DNA of 64,000 nt from contig JAPETS010000017.1 of the NCBI GenBank assembly GCA_026023565.1, forward strand, positions 558,001 to 622,000, read 5' to 3'. Shown here piece after piece: positions 50,080 through 60,600 of this stretch (within the stretch, counting starts at the first letter, position 1; each line of letters begins with the position of its first letter). A model generated the notes under the pieces. It saw only the letters and a list, made by a program, of their open reading frames with translations, searched no databases and was not told the origin of the DNA. The position numbers and the translations under genes were made by a program. Source of the stretch: Cirrosporium novae-zelandiae (taxonomy: Eukaryota).

Positions 50080-52258
50080 GCAAGCCGGACCCCATTGCTG
50101 CTGTTGCCCACCCACCGCATATCACGTTTGGGTTCCACGTAACTAGATTCACACCTATCTCCTCATCATAAATTGTTGCAGAAATAATTCCAACTGATCC
50201 TGATGTCTGGTCTCCCACTTGGCTATTTAATAGCTCCGCTGGCTCAATTTTAAAGCCTTCATTAAATCGGCTTAGTCCGCCCTTGTTACGTGTCCATTCA
50301 TGGATAAACCAAACCTGCTGGAATTGGGCTTTTCTTGGCTGTAAGATTTTCCTTGTTGGGTTTGTAACTAAGACTGCACCACCTGATGACGCCGCCATCA
50401 TGGACGCGTGCGTGGTCGAACATGCAATGGATAATAGATTGGAACTTGCAGATGCAATGCTGCAAGCAGAAAAAAATCGGCGAACTGGATACAACCGGAC
50501 AAAATTTACTTCATCTGTTGTGGCAAACGATTGCGTGGCGTCATGAAATGCAAGCACTGGGGTGCCGATTCGAGTTCGTAACGAAGAGACAGTGTCTTGG
50601 AAGGGTGCTCGTAGATCAGTGAGACGGTTAAAGCCGTCCATGGAGGATGTGGCGATCAGGTGTGGTTGGCCCGGATAGGCACTGGAGATTGCGAGGATAT
50701 ATGTGGGGTGGATCATGTGGTAGAACCAAGGATGGTGATTGACTTTGATCGAGGTACCGTCCTTTGCTTGAGAAAGAGGCGCGATGTTCCAGATGGCAAC
50801 AAAGCCATTAGCACAGCCAACAGCGAGATCAGTACTGGAGAGCCAAGTGAGGCAAGTACACAGGCTATCCGGGGGGTAAGCTTCGAAGGCCGCGCCATTG
50901 AATTTCACTGTAGAGGTAGTTTATTATTAGTTTCTAGGTCGGTAATGGAACATGATATTTGACCTACGATATTCAGTTTCTTCTCCCCACCGATTGTCTA
51001 GGTCCACGTCTAGAACCCTAACTTTGCCGTCTCCCCATATCGTGCCAAGTAGGCCTAATGATACTTTCCCTTGTTCTTGTCCGCGATCTTCTCTCGGCAT
51101 GGGACACCATGATAATCTATTCACGCTCCCCCATTCCGTTCCTCCAACCCACCTCAGCTTAGGAAGTTTCTCAAGGGCTGGTCTGCCTCTTTCTGCTTCT
51201 GGGATACTTTCACCACCATTCGCAGAGAACTGCCAAATCTGGATCGAAGCCTTTTTGGGCGCCAAAGAACGGAACCCAGGAGCTTTTCGCGCATCTCGCT
51301 CATTAGCAGCAGGCCTTTGAGACGGGGGTTGATTTTCAGGCCCAGTAATAGCAACGGCGAGATATTGACTTTCGCTGTTTTGGTTGGGCGCCCAGTCCAT
51401 ACACGAGATTCGGCCTCCAAGATAAGTTATCCAACCTCGTCGACTGCCTCGGGATCCTGTCCAAGCATCGTCAAGTTTCATGCTATCACCCGTGTTAAGA
51501 GAGAAGATATTCTGTCTACCATTTGGCCCCATGAGGAAAGAATGCCTTTTTTTCGCAGATGTAGGCAAGTAGTGTCTACCTTCATCGAATGACAGATGCT
51601 CTACCTGTTGTGCCGTCGTAAACCTGGTCTTTCCCTTCTTTTCGTAGTACCATTCCCAGCCTTTCCTGGCTTCGAGCCATTTAACTTCGTCTTTCCGCGA
51701 ATAACTTTCACACATGCCACCACGACCCAATCCATCAACCGATTTGATAGGCATTGTAGGCTGCTCCACCCATCTATCCCTCGACTGAACCAAACTAAGT
51801 ATTTCTTGTTCGCCAGACCCGAAATGGTATTTCACACGGTCTTCTTTTGAACGATAATGAACAGGTTCAACAACACCTCGGAAATGCTGGTTCGATACAT
51901 TGCGAGGCTGCGACTTGCGTTTTTGTAGAGCTAGTCCAACTCTTCTCCGCCTTCGAGCGGGCATTGCATTGTCTTCGGATGGGGGTGTTCCAGGAGTGCC
52001 AGGGTCTTCAAGATCCATATCGTCCACATCCGACAATTCTTCACCATCTTCCTCCTCCCCTAGCTCTCGTTCCGGTGGGCCGGGATTTGCCGAATATTCA
52101 TCATCCTCAGCGTCGACGTTTCGATTCCAATCTGAAGGAGGAGTGGTAAAAAAGCTTGGCATAGAGGTGTTCATGCCTAAGGCTTCAAATGCATCATCCG
52201 TATATTTCTTGGCTTTGCGTGCCCTCGCAGAGCGGCGGGGAGAAGATGCTGTAATCAT
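50054..52258 (-). CDS. WD40 protein, probable transcription factor TFIIIC subunit (Tfc6/Sfc6-like; intron 50967-50908)
   Basis: Basic/acidic N-terminus and WD-like blades CMDWAPN, LSWCP, LGTIWGDGKVRV, LAVGCANGFVAIW and VTWNPN...AMGSGLLRVEDIA. Confidence 0.75.
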
Positions 52259-52443
52259 GGGCTTGATGAGTCTAGAAACGATGAAGCTTAAAGTAATAAA
52301 ATTCAGCACTACCTTTCACTTCTTAGGTGAATTTCAATGTCAGTGATATGAAATGAAGTCAAATTTAAAAGCTGCGGAATTATTCTATCTATAAGATTGC
52401 TGATAGACTATACAATATATAAAGTTTATACTCTTAAGGACCG

Positions 52444-52808
52444 TGTAACGTAATTAGCGAGCTTAGAGCGCACGGATAAGTCTATGGATAACCTTACTAT
52501 GGTATTAGGCGAAATAATCCTTAGTACAATGGAGCTGCTCCACACGGAATTTAACTACTTCATGTAGCCGCCGCTAGGCGATGTTTAATATGGTGACTGC
52601 CTTATATGGTTAGAGAAGATTATAATTTGAGTTTATACAAAGGATTATTTCGCCTGATACCACAGTAGTTTTGGACTAAAGGTTTATATGACGCCTCACC
52701 AAAAAATAAAAATTTTGAAATACAAGAAGGCTAATAATAATAATAATTTATTGTTTTATATCTATATACCGCTGAAAAATTATAGTAGACAAAACTATAA
52801 GGGTTACA
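52444..52808. mobile_element. Possible solo LTR interrupted by the MITE
   Basis: Inverted termini TGTAAC (52444) ... GTTACA (52808). No matching TSD is visible. Confidence 0.35.
52497..52665. mobile_element. 169-bp MITE, Tc1/mariner-pogo type
   Basis: Terminal inverted repeats CTATGGTATTAGGCGAAATAATCCTT / AAGGATTATTTCGCCTGATACCACAG (two transition mismatches), flanked by TA on both sides. Confidence 0.85.
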
Positions 52809-52891
52809 GCCTAAGGGTAGTGCAAAGTCTACGTTATTGTAAAGAAAATGAAATACTTCGATGGAAATAGTTATTTAGAGTGGCCGCGGGT

Positions 52892-53070
52892 TGTAAGAAC
52901 AGCGCCTAATTCAGGCTGTGTGGTAGGATAACTATTTAAATAGTGGACAACTAACTAGAATACTATATAGTTCGTATTCAAAACGCCAAAATAATGATAG
53001 CTTTAGAAGTGCCCTCTGAAATAAATATAAAAACTGGACGCTGCTTTTATAATATGTAGAATATTGTGAA
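52892..53070 (-). mobile_element. Diverged, truncated LTR related to the LTRs at 53334 and 62873
   Basis: tgtaagaacagcgcctaattcaggctgtgtggtagg aligns with tgtgaaggcagcgcttagtacaggcagtgtggtaga, and the similarity continues for about 170 bp. Confidence 0.6.
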
Positions 53071-53176
53071 ATATCAATTCCACTAGATGGTTCGGGGAAG
53101 AAAAGGGTGAATAAGTAGTTGTATTTCCTTAAGGACTTATTAAATACAGGTGTCCTTTTTTATAATACGGATTTAT

Positions 53177-53333
53177 TGATAATGATGATTATTCATTATT
53201 TTATATTCATATATTGTTTAAAAACTATAACGGACTTTATTTAGGGGTTTTAGGCTTTTTTATATCTTTTTTCGGGCTTACTTTTAACTGAAATGGTAGG
53301 GATTAATCCTTTAATTCGGTCCTATAATTTCTC
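53177..53333 (-). mobile_element. 3'-terminal fragment of the Tad1-like LINE
   Basis: Reverse complement of about 60470-60626, including the (ATC)n tail. Confidence 0.85.
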
Positions 53334-54275
53334 TGTGAAGGCAGCGCTTAGTACAGGCAGTGTGGTAGACTAGTGAGGCAATAGAATATATAACTAATAG
53401 GTATAACGTACTATTCGTATATAAAACGCAAGTAATAATAATAATTTTCGAAATACTCTTTCTATAAATACAAAAATCGAACACTATTTTAATAAATTAA
53501 ACAGCGTTCTTCTATATAAAAATTTGGCCACGCGCCAAACCTCGTTTATACGTTTACGAAACGTATATATTTAGTACGCTATTGTCACAAAGGAAGAGAA
53601 GTAGAATACTAAAAAGGGGTTCTGTCACAAAGGAGGGGAAATAGAGTACTAGAAGGGGTCGCTACGTCTAAAAACCAAGAGCGGGATAAAAACGGGGAAA
53701 TAGCGTTACGTGGCGCCGATAGATTACCGAGAAAACGTCAAATAGAAAAACTTATATAAGAAGATAGAAGGAAAACTGGGAAAAGCCAGCTTTCAATCTT
53801 GTATTATATAGGAATACTATTATTTCAATATTACTACGATATGGACACACTATTTATCCGCATCGCTACCTACACTATCAGAGCCCTAACCTTGACAGCT
53901 ATTATAATTACCTTTTTTCTAAAAAAATTTAATTTTAAATTTTTATATAAAATAATTATTTTTATTATCGTATATACGATAAACTATTTTTTACGATACG
54001 TATAAAAAAATCTAATTAAATTTATAATTTATTAGGCGGAATCTATAATATATAAATTCCCGGATATTATATTAATATATAATTATAACGATAAAATAAA
54101 AATAAAAAATAATAATAATAATAATATAAATTAAATAATAATAAATATTATAAAAAACGTAAATTTTATAATTTAATATATTATAATATTAATATTATTA
54201 TTATATATTTTATTTATATTTAAATAATAAATTTTTTTTATAATTTTTTTTTATATTTTTTTTAATTTTTTATTT
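53334..54275 (-). mobile_element. Gypsy 3' end (3' LTR 53334-53906, polypurine tract, adjacent internal sequence), interrupted by a solo LTR
   Basis: Inverted copy of about 62480-63125. Homology resumes exactly after the 53583-53897 insertion. Confidence 0.85.
53583..53897. mobile_element. Solo LTR (315 bp) with 5-bp target-site duplication
   Basis: TGTCA...TGACA termini; GCTAT at 53578-53582 and 53898-53902; first 40 bp tandemly duplicated. Confidence 0.9.
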
Positions 54276-54655
54276 TGATGATGATGATTATTCATTGTTT
54301 TATATCCATATATCACTTAGAAGCTATGACGGACTCTACTCGGGGGTTTTTAGGCCCTTTCGTATCCCCTTTCGGGCTTACTTTTAGCTAAGGTGGTGGG
54401 GGTCACCCCCCTGGTTCGGCTATATAGCTTCCCCCCCTCTTTGGGTTTCCTAGAATCACCTGACTTATCTAACCGGATAGTTTTTTAGCGCTATTTCGGT
54501 GTTCGTAGCCTATAAATAGGCCCACTCGCACCTATTTTCGACTTTTTCAGTCCTTGCTCACGCATGCGCTCACCCCGCGTACCTACTGCGGGCCCAGCTT
54601 TTACCCAACACCTACGTCTGGGTCCTCTTCCCCCCCGTGCCCGGGTTCTACCCAC
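54276..54655 (-). mobile_element. 5'-truncated, lightly mutated copy of the LINE 3' end
   Basis: Reverse complement of about 60245-60626 with much higher G+C; ends in (ATC)n. Confidence 0.9.
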
Positions 54656-57600
54656 CCAAAATATAAATATAGATTTTATTATTAAATTATTATTTACGAA
54701 ACGCAGGAAAAAAATCTATAATATTATATTGATTGTCGTAGACCGATATTCTAAAATATTTAAATATATTTTTTATATAATAAAAACGAATATAACTAAT
54801 TTAATAAAGATTATATACGATTATATAATATCTAATTTTAGAATATTATAATCAATTATATCGGATCGAAAAAATTTATTTATTTTTATATAATAAATAA
54901 CGTTCTATTATTATATATATACGAAACGTAAATTATTTACAATTTTTTATTCTCAAATAGACGGATAAATTGAAAAATAAAATCAAAATAAAAAGGAAAA
55001 AAACGCTTTTTGGTGACCCCGCGCCACCAAATTAATTCACTATTGTGACGACCGTTATACGAAACAATTAACGCTTATCTAAGGCCTATAAAACCTAGCA
55101 GTAGTGGGGAAATATCGGGGGCTAGGAGAGTGCGTGCCGTCAGCGAGAACCAGACGGATACGAGAGAGCGACAGCGCCTAAAAAACGAATTAAACGAATC
55201 GGAATAAAATTTTATAATAAAATCTAGCGATTCGGTATTACGATCCCTATTTTAAAAAAAAAACGATTAGACGGGGAAACGTCGTCGAAAAATTTTACGA
55301 AAAAAAAAAAACCGTAAAAAAAAATAGATTAATAATCAGAATATTTTAATAGAATAAATAATTAAATAAATAATAATATATATATTTCCCGTAATCGAAA
55401 AAAAAATATATTAGATTTTAAAAACCGACGATTTTATAATATAATTACGGGAGATATTTTTCGGTTTAAAAATCTGAATAATCGTTTTAAAAAAACGAAA
55501 TAATAAAATTATAAAAATTTAAAAAAAAAATTAAAAAAAATTATATATAATTAAATAAAAATTTCTAATAATTAAAAAAATAATTATAATAATAATCTAG
55601 ATATTATAAATCCGGATAAAGATCGTAGAAATTATATATAACGGGACGGAAAATTCTATAAATAAAAATTATATAATTCTAATAATTAAACCCGAACAGA
55701 TAATAAAAAAAAAAAAAATAATATTTTTTTTAATAATATTCCGAATGGATATAATAGCCGGATTATAGGTATTTAATACGCGGATAATAATATAAACGGA
55801 TAAAAAAATCTAGAAAAATCTCTAATAAACGGTAAAAATAATTAAATAAAAGATTCTATTATTAATACCGAAAACCCTGAAATAGATTTTTATAAAAATA
55901 ACGCCGGAATTTACGGGGTTTATTTATATTAAAATAATTAATAAAATAATAAATAAATCTAATAAAAAATAATAAATAATTAAATTTTATAAAAAAAAAC
56001 GTATTAATTCCGTAGACGGGGATATAAAAATTGAAAATTAGAAAATACTGATTTTTAATAAAAAAAAAACCAAATATTCGGGTTCTACGATATTAATAAT
56101 AACGGCGATTAACGCCAAATTAATTAATTTAGACGTACCGCCTGAATTACGGGTACGAGAAATCTATATTAATAAAAAAAATAATCTAAAAACTATATTT
56201 AATAAAAAAATTAATACGGGTATATTAATATTTAAATATAAATAAAAAATTCTCAAAATTATAACGAAAATAAATAATATAATAATAAATATATATTTAT
56301 TAAAAACCCTATATTAAATAAAAATATAAAAAATATTTTTAGAAATATTTAGAGATTTAAATAAATTAAATTTAATAAAAAAAAATTTAGAAAATATTTA
56401 TTAATTATTCCGAAATATAGTAATCGTATAAATAATACTAGAAAAATACCGTTAAAAACGGATACGAACTAAATTTATATTAAAAAAATATATTATTTCG
56501 ATTAAAATAAAACTCCCGTTTATAATATACGAAAAATAAAAAATTAAAAATTATTATTTAATAAAACGTAAATTTCGATATATCCGATAATTTACGTTAG
56601 AAATAAATAAAACGTATTTAAAATACGTTTAATTAGAATATAAATTATTCCTGGAATATAAAAATAAAACCCCTAAATATATTATATATACGGAAATATA
56701 CGAAACGTAAAATTATCGGTATCGGATAATAGAATACAAACCCGTGTATACGGGGGTTTATATATATATTTTATTGAAATATATAAACTGTCTAGGCCCT
56801 TATATAGCTACGGACGGAAGATATCCAGCTACCCGAAGAATAAAAACAGAATATACGAAAAAAAAATATCGAAAAAACGTTATATAATTGTTCTATATAT
56901 TTGTTTTTCTAAAAAAAAAATAAACCTATAGAATCTTAATTAGGGATTAAAGGCCCCCGAACCAGAAATCTAAGAAAAAATAAAAAAAGAAACGTAAATA
57001 ATATCCGAAATATTAATAATACCGAAAATATTAATAATATCTGTACCGCAAATAAATAACGATATATCCGAATTATAAATAAAAATATTATAATATAATT
57101 ATTATAAAAAATACGATATAATAATTATAATCCTAGAATTAATTATATAAATTAGAACGGATATAATATTATTATAAAAATCTGGCCAAAAATTAAAAAA
57201 AAAAAAATTATATTCAATATAAAATTTTTATTGGCCCGAATTAAAAATCTAAATAAAAAATAAAATTATAAAAACGATTATTATTATATACAAAAATCGA
57301 AAAAATATTATATTTAAAATAATTATAAAAATTAATTTAATTAATTATTTTTATTTCGTAACACTAAATATTAACAAAATAAATATAAACGAAAAAATAA
57401 AAAATCTAATTAAAATAATTAATATTTACGATTAAAAATTAAAAAATATATATTTTTAAAAATAAAATCGATAATAAAAATCTAAAAAAATTCTATAAAA
57501 TATAAAATAAAAATTTATTTTTAATAAAAATAAAATAATATTAATAAAAAATTTTAATATTTATAATTTAATATAAAAACCCGAACGAATTATTTATATA

Positions 57601-60600
57601 AATGACGCGTTTTTAATAATATTTATAAAAAAATAAAATTTAATTATATAAAATAATATTATTCAGAATATTTAATTCGGAAAAAAATCGGTTTATTATT
57701 TAATAATTAATTTAATAATAATTAATCCCGTTATAAAATTATTTTAGAAATAATTAATAAATATTATAATCGATAATATAAATAATAAATTAAAAATTAA
57801 TTTAAATTACGTTTTTATTTAATTCGAATAAAAAAATTAATGTCTAAAAATAAATTAATTAATCCCGAATTCATAGAATCTAAAACCGCTAGAAAACCTC
57901 TAATAATAAATTAAAATTAAATAAAAATAAAAATTCTAATTAATTACGAAAAATACGTTAATCGTAGATTATATGGAATCGTAATTAAAAAATAAAATAT
58001 AAAAAATTATTCTAAATAAATACGTAAAATCTAAACGGGTATACGCCTAATCGAAAATTTGGTAAAATCCCGAATATACCGCTAAAAAATACGAATATTA
58101 CGTAACGTTTAAAAAAACGAAATAAAAATACCGAATCTACAAAAAAATTAAAATAATATTTAAAAAATTTATAAAATTAATTAAAATTAAAAAAATAAAT
58201 AAATAAATCGATTTTTTTTAAATATATATAAAAAAAACGATTTAAATAAATTTTTAAATCCCGAAAATATTTAATAAAAATAGAAAATATTAAAATATTA
58301 TAAATTTTAAAACCAAAATCCGATACCGGTATTCCGTATAAAAAACGGGAGAATAACGGTAAAAATTAAAAATAAAAAATTTTTTATACGGAAACGAATT
58401 TTTCTATTATTTTTAAAAAATCCCGAATCTTAATTTCTAATAAAAAAAATTTTCGTTTAATAATTATTTAAAAAAATAATACGAAAAACGTTATATATAT
58501 AAAATACGAATAAAATTTTAAAATATAACGGAATTTAATTTAGAACGTTTTATATATTATAATAATAAGATTTTTATAAAATAATAGAAATAATCCGATA
58601 TTATTTTTAATTAAAATATTATTCGACGTAATAAAAATATATTTAAAAAATATTATTATTTAAATTTAAAAAAATTAATAAAATATTAATTAAAAATTAT
58701 AAAATAATAAATTTATTATATTATTTAAATAAAATAATTAAAAAAATTATAATTAACGTATTAATAAATATATATAAAAATTTAAATAAAATATATAAAA
58801 ATTAATTTAGATCGAAATATAATTAAAACGTAATCGATATATTTATATATTTAATATATCGAATAAAAAAAAATTTAATCGAAAATAAATAATTTATATT
58901 TTATTTATAAATATTAAAAAAATATTTAATTATATAAAAAATCTATATATATCCCGTAAACGTAATATTAAATATTATATAAAAAAAATATAAATTTCGG
59001 TATTTTTAAAAAATTGAAAAAAATTTAATAAATCTAATATTATTAATAATATTTAAAATAAAAAATATAAATATTTAATTAAAAAAATAATCGTTAAAAA
59101 ATTTCTAATAAATTTAAAAAATTAAAAAAAATATATTAAATTAATATTTAATTATAACGATAATCTAAAAAATAATAAATTTAAATTTTAAAATCGAAAA
59201 AATTTAAATAATCGAAAAAAATAAATTTTTAAAAAAAATAATAATATTTTTAAAATAATAGATTTTTAACGAAATATTAATATAAAATTAGAAAAACGTA
59301 TATTAATTAAATAAATTTAAATTAAAAAATTATAAAATAAAAATAGAAATAATTTAAAAAATAATCGAAAAAATTTTATAAATAATATAAAAATATTATT
59401 TAAATTAAAATAAAAAAATATTCGATATAAAATTTTAAAAAATATAAATAATTTTATAAATAACGATTAAAACGTATTTAAATAATTATAAAATTTTTTA
59501 AAAAAAAATAATAATATTATTTAATTCGTAAACGATTATTAAATAAATCGAAAAAAAAAATTAAATAATTATATAAAAAATATATAAATATATTAAATAT
59601 TTAATCGATTAAAAAAGGAAAATTATTATTAAATAAATTTTAAAATATTATAAAATATTAAAAAACGAAATAATAAATTAAATAATTAAAATAAATATAA
59701 TATTAAAAAATAATAAAATAATTAAATAAATTTCGTTAATTTATATAATTTATAATATAATAAAAAAACGGATTATAAAAATATATAATTAATTATATAA
59801 TTAAAAAATAAAAAAATCGTTTAATAAATTTTATCGAATATATCCGAAATATAAAAAAGATCGGGTGTTAAAATATATATTTAAAAAATTGATAAATAAG
59901 CTTTATTAAATAAAAACGGGATACGCCGTTACCGAAAAATATATATATCGTATAAAAATTATTATTATCCCAGAATACTAGTAATACGGGATTTTATATT
60001 AAAATATATTTTATTTAATATTAATATATCCGCGCTAAAAAACGGTTAAAACCCGTTTACGGGGGGTAATAAAAAAACGGGGGGTCAATAGCCCAATATA
60101 GCCGAAAAAAAAAAACTAATATTCGTATTAAAAAACCGAAAATTTTCTAAAAATTAAATACGTTTTTTAAACGATACGAAAATAAAAAAACCTTAATATT
60201 AGATTAAATACGAAATAAAAAATCGTGAAACGTATCTAGATTAAAAATAAATAGAACCCGGATACGGGAGGAAAAACGATTTAGAAATAAATATTAAATA
60301 AAAATTTAGCCCGTAATAGAAACGCGGGGTAAACGTATACGTAAATAAAAACGGAAAAAATCGAAAATAGATACGAATAGATTTATTTATAAATTACGAA
60401 TACTAAAATAACGCTAAAAAATTATCCGGTTAAATAAATTAAGTGATTCTAAAAAATCCAAAAAAAAAAAAGAAATTATATAGCCGAATCAAAGGGGTAA
60501 TCTCTACCACCGTAATTAAAAGTAAGCCCGAAAAAGGATATAAAGGGGCCTAAAAACCCCTAAATAGAATCCGTTATAGTTTTTAAGCGATATATGGATA

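Noticed and set aside
54564..54851. 95-aa ORF
   Set aside because: Chimeric read-through from the antisense LINE fragment into the integrase relic; not a gene.
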